Source: a virus
IMG/VR virus record: IMGVR_UViG_3300015360_000036
Coordinates: 1 to 64,000 of that record
Strand: one strand, 5' to 3'
Length of the DNA stretch: 64,000 nucleotides
Positions 47,002 through 57,072 of this stretch are shown here, one piece after another; the first letter of the stretch is position 1, and the number at the start of each line of letters is the position of its first letter. The position numbers and the translations under genes were made by a program. Under the pieces are notes generated by a model. That model did no database searches. It had not been told where the DNA came from and saw only the letters and a program-made list of their open reading frames with translations.

Positions 47002-48126
47002 TTAGCACAACAATTAGACGCTAAGTACAACTTAATGTCTCAAGCAAAAGATCCAGATGAAGATAAGCCTTTCGTAAGTAATCCTGGTATAGAGAAAAAG
47101 AAATCTATAGAAGAAATTAATACTGCAAGAGTTGATAGGGCATTAGCCTCATGTAAACTTGAATTAAGAGATGCTGTCTCCAACTATATTCATGCTAAAA
47201 GTGGTACTAGAGCAAATTCTGTTTTAGAGAATCTTGCCAATTATCAAGAACCACTATCTATGTACCTAATTAATGGTTTTACAGAACTTCACGAAAATTT
47301 TGATCATTACACGCCAGAAAAAATTTATAGTGGTCTTACTGGCTTGCATTCTATGTTAAATAGAAAAAGTGTGAATGAAGCTAAAGATAAAATAAAAAGC
47401 CTTGTAATAAATCCTGCTAGAAGAAAAGAGTACGAAACTAATTTTGAAGCAGTTACATCTACATTATCTTCAATAGTAAATAGAATAAGTATTCCATTAC
47501 ATAATGCTTTGCTTAAACCAAATGAATTTGGATCAGATACTGGAGTATTGGCTCGTGAAAGAGTTGCTCCATTAACACATAAAATAATGGAATTTGTTAA
47601 GTTTCATCCAGCCGCTAAAAAGATAGGTATTGAATCTGAAAAAATGCTTTCAGAATTGTTTCAAGGTGAAGACGGTGGCGCTTGGAAAGAGAGATTTATT
47701 ACTTATATGAATGCTGCAACAAGTAATAAGAAAAATCCAAGAGATCGAGTAGCCCTTCATCAACAAGCAATGAAGATCAATGAACAACTTGCTGCTAAGA
47801 AACGTAATTCTAGTTTAGACTTTAAAGCCACTATGCCAGGTAGGCAAGATGATGATATTGAAAAACTTAAAGCTCGCCAAAAGAAAATTCAAGATAATCA
47901 ACCTGAAGTAGATCGTGCTTTCAGAATGAAAAGAGATATTGCAAACGAATTGGAAGATAAGTATCAAACTGATAAACTTCAAGAAGAAGAGGATGCAGTC
48001 GCATTACGTCATAATTATCTTAATGGTCCACAGGAAAGTAGAATGCCAGTAATAGATGAAGAAGCTCTTGAGAAGAAATATTCAAATATGTCATTTGAAC
48101 AATGGTATAAAAGAGGTAGCAAATGA
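46987..48126 (+). CDS. hypothetical protein
   Basis: 379-aa ORF in head module. Confidence 0.6.
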   Translation: MKIYRLAQQLDAKYNLMSQAKDPDEDKPFVSNPGIEKKKSIEEINTARVDRALASCKLELRDAVSNYIHAKSGTRANSVLENLANYQEPLSMYLINGFTELHENFDHYTPEKIYSGLTGLHSMLNRKSVNEAKDKIKSLVINPARRKEYETNFEAVTSTLSSIVNRISIPLHNALLKPNEFGSDTGVLARERVAPLTHKIMEFVKFHPAAKKIGIESEKMLSELFQGEDGGAWKERFITYMNAATSNKKNPRDRVALHQQAMKINEQLAAKKRNSSLDFKATMPGRQDDDIEKLKARQKKIQDNQPEVDRAFRMKRDIANELEDKYQTDKLQEEEDAVALRHNYLNGPQESRMPVIDEEALEKKYSNMSFEQWYKRGSK

Positions 48127-48839
48127 GAATAGCTGAAATGTTGCAAGCAATTGCAGGTTGGTTAGAGAGTTCAGAGAATGAAGCTATTCTTTTGGCTGAA
48201 TATGATGAAGATTGCCTTAAAATAGTTGCTGAATCATGTGTTGAAGCTGCATCTGCTTTACATAAAGCTGCTCAAATGGTCGATTCTATCGAACCACAAG
48301 AAGAATCTAAGATTACTCCAGAAGCTTTAGATAAATTAGCTGATTTAGCTGCTGCATTCGATGCTTCAGGTGATGAAGAGCTACAAAAACAAGCATCAGT
48401 AATCGATGAATTACTTCTATCAGTAGCTTCACCTCCAGGTGCTATGTCAGAAAGAAAGATGTCTGACGACAAAAAGATCGAAGATCTTAAAAAAAAATAT
48501 GAAGACCCTCGTAAAGCCTTAGAAGAGAGTAATAAAATTGCTGAATCTAATAAAGCTATTGAAAAAAGTAAGATGACCAAAGAGTATAGGATCATGGAAG
48601 CTCCTCTTAGTGCTAGGGGATGTCCAGATCATGCTGGTGGTCAATTAGCTCGCGTTGGTGAAAACATGTGGCAATGTGAAATGGATAAGAAAATTTACAA
48701 TTTCGCCACAGGATTTGAATTAGCCAATGGTAATAAAGTTCCTGGTGGTGATGTATCATTACAAACTCAAGAAATTGATATACCTAATACCAATACTTTC
48801 GATAGCAGAGAGAGTAGACTAAATTCAAATAGGGATTAA
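48123..48839 (+). CDS. hypothetical protein with C-terminal Zn site
   Basis: CPDH...WQC; GAGG RBS. Confidence 0.6.
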   Translation: MRIAEMLQAIAGWLESSENEAILLAEYDEDCLKIVAESCVEAASALHKAAQMVDSIEPQEESKITPEALDKLADLAAAFDASGDEELQKQASVIDELLLSVASPPGAMSERKMSDDKKIEDLKKKYEDPRKALEESNKIAESNKAIEKSKMTKEYRIMEAPLSARGCPDHAGGQLARVGENMWQCEMDKKIYNFATGFELANGNKVPGGDVSLQTQEIDIPNTNTFDSRESRLNSNRD

Positions 48840-48841
48840 TT

Positions 48842-49312
48842 ATGACTTATACAAAGATAAAGAAGCTAGCAAATGAGATCAATAATAAAATAACTCAAAG
48901 ATTTTCTGATACAATAGATTGGAAAGCATTAGATAGTCAATATACTGTATTATTTGATCCAATTTTTGATGGCTTAAATGAAGCGGCATATTTTCTTGAT
49001 AGTGAAAGGCATTCTGTAGTAATTGATCATAGGGAGCTTAAAGCTTCAATCACAGAAAAATTAGATCCTGCATTAGATGCTATTAACAGCGTTATTCTTT
49101 TCTTATATGAAATGAAGAATAATCCAATGTTACAATTAATTTCAGATAATATTGTTTTTAGAATTAAAAGGCTGAACGTTCTTGCTGAAGCAATAAAAGT
49201 TGCTCAAGAGGCAAAAAATGGAATCAAATATAATTTACAATTGATAAGCAGGATTTATGAGGCTATAAATAAAGTAACTAGTATTTTAGATTTCAAGAGT
49301 TCTCTTGGATGA
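48842..49312 (+). CDS. hypothetical protein
   Basis: ORF in operon. Confidence 0.55.
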   Translation: MTYTKIKKLANEINNKITQRFSDTIDWKALDSQYTVLFDPIFDGLNEAAYFLDSERHSVVIDHRELKASITEKLDPALDAINSVILFLYEMKNNPMLQLISDNIVFRIKRLNVLAEAIKVAQEAKNGIKYNLQLISRIYEAINKVTSILDFKSSLG

Positions 49313-49334
49313 AGTTAGTTAGAAAGTTAGACAA

Positions 49335-49502
49335 ATGAATAAAATAGTATTAAAAAATTTACAGGTTGTAGATCAGCATATTTCAGTATTTCATGATGTA
49401 ATCAAGGAAGTTTTATCTCAGATGGATTCAGATACATTACTGTATTTCATGGAAGTATTTGATGATAAAATGGCTAAATTAAAACAACATGAAACTAGTT
49501 AA
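49335..49502 (+). CDS. 55-aa internally deleted paralog of ORF 49514
   Basis: MNKIVLKN fused to LQVVDQHISVFHDVIKEVLSQMD...KMAKLKQ; 49358-49414 identical to 50050-50106. Confidence 0.6.
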   Translation: MNKIVLKNLQVVDQHISVFHDVIKEVLSQMDSDTLLYFMEVFDDKMAKLKQHETS

Positions 49503-49513
49503 ATAGTTGGAAA

Positions 49514-50269
49514 ATGAACAAAACAGCATTAAAAAAGATCTTAGATCATCCAGATAAAGATGAGATTATATCTAAATTGGTAATAGGAATTTCGCCTTCT
49601 GACATTCATGACTGGTTAAAAGCCAAGTATACGAATGTTGGTGAGGCGAAATTTGTCATTGCAGAAAAGTCAGTAAAGCAGTTTCAAGAAAATTATCTTG
49701 ACATATACAATATGATTCGAGAAGATTTATCTAAAACTAAATCAGCATTAGCATTAAGTACAGAAGACCAATTGGAATTATCTGTTAAAGGCAATTCTGC
49801 ATATAAGAATCGTATGCTTGAATTGGCTGGTAAAGAACTTGATATAAAAACAATGATTACTAATCTTTGTGTTGCAGTAGAAACACGTCTTGGTCAAATC
49901 TTCGATGAGATTCAGGAAGATCCTCGCAACATAAATACTAGAGTAGATCGTCTTCTTATAGAATATGCTGATACTCTAGGTAGTGTATTAGAAAAATATT
50001 ATAAACTTACTACCGTTCAACCAGACCAAATTGTTCAGCATAACGTTACTTTACAGGTTGTAGATCAGCATATTTCAGTATTTCATGATGTAATCAAGGA
50101 AGTTTTGTCTCAAATGGACTTGGACACATCTCTGTATTTTATGGAAGTATTTAATGATAAGATGGCTAAGCTAAAACAACCATCTGCCGCAGAAGTACCA
50201 AATACGGATATGAGACTGGTAGAAGCTAAAGTTCTAAACGAAACCATTAACAAAAAAATCAACGAGTAA
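49514..50269 (+). CDS. possible terminase small subunit-like protein
   Basis: N-terminal HPDKDEI..KL..G.S..DIHDWL HTH-like pattern, coiled coil, in the packaging module; inference. Confidence 0.35.
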   Translation: MNKTALKKILDHPDKDEIISKLVIGISPSDIHDWLKAKYTNVGEAKFVIAEKSVKQFQENYLDIYNMIREDLSKTKSALALSTEDQLELSVKGNSAYKNRMLELAGKELDIKTMITNLCVAVETRLGQIFDEIQEDPRNINTRVDRLLIEYADTLGSVLEKYYKLTTVQPDQIVQHNVTLQVVDQHISVFHDVIKEVLSQMDLDTSLYFMEVFNDKMAKLKQPSAAEVPNTDMRLVEAKVLNETINKKINE

Positions 50270-50273
50270 TGCT

Positions 50274-52133
50274 ATGACAAAAAAACAACCAGCTAAAACG
50301 CCAGTAAAGAAACCATCAGAAAAGGCTAAGAAGCCAACTAAACGTCTTCTTTCTGAAGAAGAATTGGTTGTTGAAGAGGTTCCAGTTGTTATGGAGACTA
50401 TCAATCCTTTTAGTGTTAAAGAGTATCCTGATTTCAAAAAGGAATTAGAACTTTCTGAATTTGAAAAAGCTAAGATTAAGAAACTAGAAGAATTTTTCAG
50501 TTTTGAGAAACCACAATCATTTAATATGCCTAAATTAAATCTTGATGCAAAAGCTTATCCAAATAATGATGAGTATATAAACATTCCAGGTGCTCATGAT
50601 ACACAAAAATGGTTAGAAACAGTTAAGGCAATTTATACAGCAGAACAAAATGGACAAGCTAGGGAGTACTTTTTACCTAAGATTACTTCTGGTTGGGGAC
50701 CAACTGAAAAATATGACTTCTTAAATTGGTTGAAGTTCTACGAAGAAAACGCTCATCTAAAGTACAAAACTGCTCAACAGCAATGGTACGAGAATGACCT
50801 TCCTGGGTACATTTTACCTTATAAAACAGATCCTGCAAAGCAAGATATTCATGTGGGTGGTCGAGATATTGACTATGCTCGTGAAGCTATCGTTAGCGAA
50901 ATGCCTGTTGCTGAAAAGAAAAGAATTATTGAGAACCAAAGAAGAAAAATAGTTGGTAGACTTGATTCAACAGAAAAGCTATTAAGATCTGAAGAGGGTC
51001 AAATGTTAGCTGGTAAAGAATTTGAAACACTTATTGAAGTAATTTATGCACTTAAGAAAAAGTTGCAATTAGTTAATAAGATAAGCACATCAACGAAATT
51101 ATATGAAGATATGATTGTTCGTGAAGCTAATGTTTTAAACAAAAATGGTTTTACTAAAGCCGCTAATGTTTTATATAAATTTGCCGATGAAACTGCCAGT
51201 AAAAATGCAATACCAAGCGCAGCCGAGCCAGCAAAAGAACCTGCTCTTGCTGCAACTCCACCAGCTCCACCAGCACAACCAAGTGGTGCTCCTGGTGGTT
51301 TACCAGCGACACCACCAGGCGTAGCTCCAAAATCAGAAGGAATTAATAATTTCTTAAGTAATTTAGATACAAGTAAAATTACTGAAAAAGACAAGCAAGC
51401 TGTAGAGGATGAGCTATTTGTTGAAGATCATGAAGGTGAATTAATTGTTGAAGCTCAAGAAGCTCCATTACCAGAACCAGTTGCACCGCCAGCAGCACCA
51501 GTAGAAAACCCTATTGAAGTTGAAGAGCCAGTTTCTGAAGCTCTAGTTGATCCAGCAATAGAACCAGAAGACACTGTAACAGAAGATACAACTGAATCTT
51601 TGAAAGCAAAAAATTTCGATGCAATGATTGGGCGCGCATTAAGCAATCTTAAAATAGACGATGTTGTTGCTAAGCTTGAAGATTTGGCTAAGGTATTCAA
51701 AACAAGAGAAATTCCAAGACAATTATCAATCATAGATATGATGCTTGATAGTTTAGGATTAGCGTCTTTTTTCCCTTCTCTTTCAGAAGCTACAAATAAG
51801 GCTTTGGAATCAAATAACTATATCTCTACTCGTGTTGAAGATGTTCTATCTAAACTTCGTGGTAGCATGAAGACAAATGATATTGATTTAAAAAATGGGG
51901 AAGGCGAAAAAGCCCAATCACCTGAAGTTGAAGGAATGAAAGCTAGCCTTAAAAATAAAGAAGATAAAGAGAACAGTAGGAAAGAGATGAGAAAGAATTT
52001 GGCAGATGAGGCTTTAGAAGACCAAACTAAAGAAACGCCAGATGTAGAAATCGATGAAGATTTAGCTCCTGAAACTCCTCCAGCAGAAGCGCCAGTCGCA
52101 CCACCAGCATTTCCACCTAAACCAGCAGTATAA
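50274..52133 (+). CDS. hypothetical head-module protein with Pro/Ala/Glu-rich linkers
   Basis: 619-aa ORF with several K-x-A motifs. Confidence 0.6.
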   Translation: MTKKQPAKTPVKKPSEKAKKPTKRLLSEEELVVEEVPVVMETINPFSVKEYPDFKKELELSEFEKAKIKKLEEFFSFEKPQSFNMPKLNLDAKAYPNNDEYINIPGAHDTQKWLETVKAIYTAEQNGQAREYFLPKITSGWGPTEKYDFLNWLKFYEENAHLKYKTAQQQWYENDLPGYILPYKTDPAKQDIHVGGRDIDYAREAIVSEMPVAEKKRIIENQRRKIVGRLDSTEKLLRSEEGQMLAGKEFETLIEVIYALKKKLQLVNKISTSTKLYEDMIVREANVLNKNGFTKAANVLYKFADETASKNAIPSAAEPAKEPALAATPPAPPAQPSGAPGGLPATPPGVAPKSEGINNFLSNLDTSKITEKDKQAVEDELFVEDHEGELIVEAQEAPLPEPVAPPAAPVENPIEVEEPVSEALVDPAIEPEDTVTEDTTESLKAKNFDAMIGRALSNLKIDDVVAKLEDLAKVFKTREIPRQLSIIDMMLDSLGLASFFPSLSEATNKALESNNYISTRVEDVLSKLRGSMKTNDIDLKNGEGEKAQSPEVEGMKASLKNKEDKENSRKEMRKNLADEALEDQTKETPDVEIDEDLAPETPPAEAPVAPPAFPPKPAV

Positions 52134-52143
52134 TTGGAGATGA

Positions 52144-52911
52144 ATGAAACTTCGTGAATTACTCCAAACATTAGAGCAAGTCCATCAAAAGATAGGTTGC
52201 TCTAAACCATACATCTGCGGTGGTACTCCAAGAGATAGATTTATGTCTAAGCTAGCTAATATAGCAGACATAGATCTATGTACTGGAGATAAAACTATTG
52301 ATTACTTATCAGAGGAATTCGCAAAAGTTCTTATGACTAAGTACAATATCACTAGAAAAGTTATGGATGATGGTCATAGCACTGCTTATATTGGAAATCT
52401 GAAAATGGATTTTTCATCCAATTTCAATGCCCATAATATTGTACCTATTTTAGGTAAAATGGGCATTGCAACTCCAACGGAATTGCAAAAAGAAATGTTC
52501 AGCAGAGATTTTACTTGTAATGCTATGTTGTTAACCTTAGATCTTAAATCTTTATTAGATCCAACTAATAAGGGTTTCAAAGATATTAAAGATAAAACAA
52601 TTAGAACTTGCTTAAGTCCAGAAATAACATTAACAACAAATAAGAATAGAGTTGTAAGAGCAATATATTTGGCATGTAAATTGGATTTCAACATTGATAG
52701 ATCAATAATTGATTTAGTTTCTAGAAACCCAGAACTTGTAAGAATATCAACTGAAAAATCTATGGCTGAAAAATTAAACAGTGCTTTTACAAGTGATCCA
52801 GATAAAGCAGCTTCATTAATTACGCAAATGAATATTTGGAATCATATAATTATTACTGAAAAAATTTATCCATATTATATTAAGCGTGGAAATGTAACAA
52901 ATGTCAAATGA
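52144..52911 (+). CDS. class II nucleotidyltransferase (CCA-adding/poly(A) polymerase family)
   Basis: YICGGTPRD, DIDL, RDFTCNAM, LDPT.KG..DI, RVVRAI. Confidence 0.88.
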   Translation: MKLRELLQTLEQVHQKIGCSKPYICGGTPRDRFMSKLANIADIDLCTGDKTIDYLSEEFAKVLMTKYNITRKVMDDGHSTAYIGNLKMDFSSNFNAHNIVPILGKMGIATPTELQKEMFSRDFTCNAMLLTLDLKSLLDPTNKGFKDIKDKTIRTCLSPEITLTTNKNRVVRAIYLACKLDFNIDRSIIDLVSRNPELVRISTEKSMAEKLNSAFTSDPDKAASLITQMNIWNHIIITEKIYPYYIKRGNVTNVK

Positions 52912-53425
52912 TAAATTAGCCTATTATGGTGGCACAGAAAAACCAACCCCAAAAAAGACTAAATATAAAGCTGAACCTGCTTTGGTAGTTCAGCCAAGAT
53001 TCAAAGAACCTTTCTATAACAATTACGATTTATACGAAACAGAAGGTGTAGATGGTGCTCCTAAGCATGGACCAGGCGCCAGCTTATATCAAAATATGGA
53101 CAAGTATGATAGCGTAGATGATTTCAAGAAGAAGAAAAAGAAGATAAAAGACAAGTATAAGGCTGATGATTCTTGGATTCAGCCTGATGGTTCTATAACG
53201 AAAACGAAAAAAGCAAATAAAATAGCTAGAAGAATGGCATTGATGTCAATACTTACAAAAATGGCTATTGACTTTCCAATAGATGAACAAATTTCAGAAT
53301 CGATCGATGGAGAAGGTGTTGCTGGAAATACATCTCTTATTGGTGGGATGTTAAGTAGTAATGAGACTGTTCCTGATGAAGATAAACCATACGATTTGAT
53401 ACTAAAAAATGAATTTGTTGAATGA
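52901..53425 (+). CDS. hypothetical protein
   Basis: coupled ORF. Confidence 0.6.
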   Translation: MSNDKLAYYGGTEKPTPKKTKYKAEPALVVQPRFKEPFYNNYDLYETEGVDGAPKHGPGASLYQNMDKYDSVDDFKKKKKKIKDKYKADDSWIQPDGSITKTKKANKIARRMALMSILTKMAIDFPIDEQISESIDGEGVAGNTSLIGGMLSSNETVPDEDKPYDLILKNEFVE

Positions 53426-53492
53426 TAGAATAGAACAATTGCGCCTTTTTCTACATATAGACGCATATAAACATAAAGCCTAGAGGTACGTA

Positions 53493-54488
53493 ATGCCATT
53501 ATTTGAAACTGATGAACTTGAAGTAAATGATATGCAGGACTCTGTAATGCTTGCTGATGGACCAAAAGACCATAAGCATGATGACGAACATGGTGAACTG
53601 TTTGTACAGGAAATGCTTGAGGGAATGCCAGAATTAAAACATGAACATGACAGTGAACATAGTCATGAACACGAAGGTATGCCTAGTATTGTCGTTGATC
53701 CTACTGAACAGGGTAATGCTGATATTGAAATTGAAATTCATGTAGGTGATTTACCAGGCGCACCACCTGGAACAACTCATCCTGAAATTGTCGTTGAAGA
53801 CAAAGAGCATGAAGTTGATGAAAAATCTGAAGCTGATGATAATGAGGCTCGTAAAAGCAAGAAAAATGATAAATGGGATTGGGCGTCAAAAGGTGCTACA
53901 GGTTTCGTTGCTTGGATTAAAGATAGAATTAGCTCTATTCCAAAACATTCTGGATATGATTCTGCTGGTTTAGAAAGAGCCGTAGCTTATCTTGATAAAT
54001 TAGATTCAGAAATTTCTAAAGCCATGAGACTTGATTTAGAAGGTGAGTTAGATGCTAATAAGATTGAAGCTGTAAGATCTGAAATCGATGAAGGTATCAG
54101 TAGACTTAATGAAAGATTAGATAAAGTAAGCAAGAGCAAAAAAGCCAAAAGAAAAGGCAAGAAGGCGTCTGAAGAAGAGCTTGGTATGATCAAAGAGGCT
54201 CAAAAAGTTACTGGTGTTCAAGGTGTTTATGTAACTGTACCACTTCTTATTTCAAGAATTGCCAGAGTCTGTATTAATGGCATGGTTTCTGGTGGTCATG
54301 ATATTGAAGATATCTACAGCAAACAAGTTGAGAGATACAAACTAACTCCTCGTGAAAGAGCTGAGACCATGCAGCTTCTAGCTGACATGGGCTTTGCATT
54401 ACGTCAAGATAGAGGTTACTTGGAAGATGAAGACGTTGATTTCTCAAGCAGCGACAATATGGATATGGCTGCTAACTACAAAGGATAA
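53493..54488 (+). CDS. acidic His-rich protein, possible scaffold/head protein
   Basis: GAGG RBS; KHEHDSEHSHEHE; MIKEAQ motif. Confidence 0.5.
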   Translation: MPLFETDELEVNDMQDSVMLADGPKDHKHDDEHGELFVQEMLEGMPELKHEHDSEHSHEHEGMPSIVVDPTEQGNADIEIEIHVGDLPGAPPGTTHPEIVVEDKEHEVDEKSEADDNEARKSKKNDKWDWASKGATGFVAWIKDRISSIPKHSGYDSAGLERAVAYLDKLDSEISKAMRLDLEGELDANKIEAVRSEIDEGISRLNERLDKVSKSKKAKRKGKKASEEELGMIKEAQKVTGVQGVYVTVPLLISRIARVCINGMVSGGHDIEDIYSKQVERYKLTPRERAETMQLLADMGFALRQDRGYLEDEDVDFSSSDNMDMAANYKG

Positions 54489-54490
54489 AT

Positions 54491-55132
54491 ATGTCTAAGT
54501 ATACAAGGCACCAATCAGTAATATCTAGAAACGCAGATGATGTCGATGGTGAAGATCATTGGTTGAAACAATTTGAAAAAAGTCTTCAAAAAGAGGCTGT
54601 TCAACCAAAAAGAACTGATGACTCATTGTTTAATCAAATCAATTCAATTATGAATGGTAGTAAAGCAAAATATCCTTCAGTACAATCTGCTGTCGATGAT
54701 ATGCAACAAAGAAGCGGTCTAACAGCTTATCTAGAAAAAGTTAAAATGTCTGGGACAGAAGAAGTAACTAAGAAAGTTGCCTCTGAAGGTAAACCCGTAG
54801 AAAAAGACATGACACCTTCAGTTATTAAAAAGTTTCCTTCAATAAAGAAGACTTTTGAAAACTATATTAGGGAGTCAAAAGGGAATTTACCAATCCCAGC
54901 AATCATTTCGCATATCAGATCTATTCATCAAAGGGATGTATCTGATTCCAAAGATTGGGATGAGGATAATCTTATAAGGTTTGTAAGTTCATTAAACTTA
55001 AGAGCTAAGAAAGAAAATGCCGAAAATTTCCACAACAACGATACTTTGGGCACAAGAGATAGAGGCAATGCATCAGACATTGACATCTCTAATACTGATG
55101 CGTTTAGCGGATTAAATCCAGTTAAGTTCTAA
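54491..55132 (+). CDS. hypothetical head-module protein
   Basis: ORF directly before terL. Confidence 0.6.
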   Translation: MSKYTRHQSVISRNADDVDGEDHWLKQFEKSLQKEAVQPKRTDDSLFNQINSIMNGSKAKYPSVQSAVDDMQQRSGLTAYLEKVKMSGTEEVTKKVASEGKPVEKDMTPSVIKKFPSIKKTFENYIRESKGNLPIPAIISHIRSIHQRDVSDSKDWDEDNLIRFVSSLNLRAKKENAENFHNNDTLGTRDRGNASDIDISNTDAFSGLNPVKF

Positions 55133-55138
55133 TAAAGC

Positions 55139-57001
55139 ATGAGTGATAGTAAATATTTATTTGAAGAATTAAAAAATCAGTTGTTAATGCTCGATCCAGT
55201 AAGTTTCGTTGAGAGATATTTAACACTAGATGGTAAGAAGTTTAGTTTACATAATAATGGTTATAAACCATTTGCAGATATTTATAGGTATATTGGAATC
55301 AAGGCTTTAGAACCAACAGCAAAACCAGTTATACTTGTAAAAGGTCGTCAGGTCGGAGGAACAACTATGGCTGGTGCTCTTGAAATGTATTTCATGGGCT
55401 CCGGCATTTTTGGTGTTGGCAATAATCCACCTATTAGAGTTATTCATGCATTCCCACAGCTAGAGCTTGCCGCAGCTTATTCTAAGACCAAATTAAATTC
55501 TATGATTCTTTCATCTATTCAGACAGGTGACGGCAAGCCTGGTTCAAAATCAAAATCATACATGCAAAGTTTGCTTGATACATCAAGCGCAACAAATGAT
55601 TCATTACATTTCAAACAATTCATTAATGGCAATCATATTTGGATTGAATCAACAGGATTAGATGCAGATAGAATCATGGGTCGTACTGCTGATGTTATCT
55701 TTTTTGATGAAGTTCAGAAGACCACTGGTCAAGCTATTGGTAATGCCTTAAAAATTCTAAATACTGCTAAATATGGCAGATCATCTAAAGGCGTACAAGT
55801 ATTCTTCGGAACACCACGTCGTAAAGGATCAGATTTCCATAAAATGTGGCAGAGTTCTTCTCAACAATACTACTACTTAGGCTGTGAGAGTTGTAAAAAA
55901 CATTTTCCGCTTTACACTCCTGGCTCTGATGAGTGGGAAAAAATTTGGTTACATGGATTTATTGTCAAATGTACTCATTGTGGTTTTGAACAAGATAAGC
56001 GCCAAGCTGCTGAGCGTGGTAAATGGGTCGGACTAAAAGATCCGGGTGATGAGGATTGTAAAATGATTGGATTTCATATCAATCAAATATACATGCCTAC
56101 TTTTACTAAAGAAGACTTAATGAGTGAAAAGCCTGGAACTCATCCAATCAATACTGAGAGAACTTTTCAAAATGAAGTTCTTGGAGAGTTTTTCCAAGGT
56201 GATACTAGCCCAATAACTCCAGAAGAAATTAGAGAAAATTGTGCAGACATAGGTAGAAAATTTCGTAGTGGAATTGCACCAGGCGAAGAACAAATGGTCG
56301 TATTAGGAATAGATTATGGTGCTCGTGCTGATGCTGAGCAAATGGCTAATCCAGAATCTAGTACTGTAAGAGGGCAATCATATAGTACTGCCGTCATCCT
56401 TACTGCAAAAGGTCCGGGTTTATTATCTATTGAGTTCGCAACTAAGTTTAAACGTAATGATCCTGAAAGTAAAAAAGGTCTTATAGATCAGCTAATGAGA
56501 AAATACAGCATTGATTTAGCTGTAGGAGATATTGGTTATTCTAATGACTTTTCAAATACACTTCATAATGAATATGGTGATAGGTATTTAGTATCCAGAG
56601 CGCATTCTAAAGTTAATGATCATGTTAAATTTAGACAAGATGCATTTCCTAAAGAAATAGTATTCGAAAGAGATTACTATATTGCTGAGCTTTATGAGAA
56701 AATTAAAAGAGGAATGATTAAATTTCCTTTTGGTGATTATGAAAAGTTAGCATGGCTAATTGAGCATTGCGCTAGCATGGAAATCAAGCCATCTATTTCT
56801 AAAACTGGAGACCCTACAATACATTATATTAAAGGAAGTACACCAAACGACGGTTTCATGGCTTTGCTTAATGCTTACATTGCTTATAAGTTTTTGGTTA
56901 GTAAGGGATTCACAAATAACAACCCATTACTACAAGAACAATCATTTAAGGATAAGAATAAGCCATTAATTTTGACTGGTTACATTAAAAGAAGGATGTA
57001 A
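55139..57001 (+). CDS. terL: terminase large subunit (GpA-like, with Zn insert)
   Basis: VKGRQVGGTT, IFFDEVQ, FGTP, CESC/CTHC, GFHINQ, LGIDYG, PNDGFMA. Confidence 0.88.
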   Translation: MSDSKYLFEELKNQLLMLDPVSFVERYLTLDGKKFSLHNNGYKPFADIYRYIGIKALEPTAKPVILVKGRQVGGTTMAGALEMYFMGSGIFGVGNNPPIRVIHAFPQLELAAAYSKTKLNSMILSSIQTGDGKPGSKSKSYMQSLLDTSSATNDSLHFKQFINGNHIWIESTGLDADRIMGRTADVIFFDEVQKTTGQAIGNALKILNTAKYGRSSKGVQVFFGTPRRKGSDFHKMWQSSSQQYYYLGCESCKKHFPLYTPGSDEWEKIWLHGFIVKCTHCGFEQDKRQAAERGKWVGLKDPGDEDCKMIGFHINQIYMPTFTKEDLMSEKPGTHPINTERTFQNEVLGEFFQGDTSPITPEEIRENCADIGRKFRSGIAPGEEQMVVLGIDYGARADAEQMANPESSTVRGQSYSTAVILTAKGPGLLSIEFATKFKRNDPESKKGLIDQLMRKYSIDLAVGDIGYSNDFSNTLHNEYGDRYLVSRAHSKVNDHVKFRQDAFPKEIVFERDYYIAELYEKIKRGMIKFPFGDYEKLAWLIEHCASMEIKPSISKTGDPTIHYIKGSTPNDGFMALLNAYIAYKFLVSKGFTNNNPLLQEQSFKDKNKPLILTGYIKRRM

Positions 57002-57072
57002 ATCAATAGAAATACTTATTTTTTGCTGTTATATTATTTATTGTGTATAGTGGTATAGTAAAATGAGGTTTC

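Noticed and set aside
49358-50180. Diversity-generating retroelement TR/VR pair
   Set aside because: Mismatches between the copies are mixed transitions, not adenine-specific, and there is no reverse transcriptase in the window
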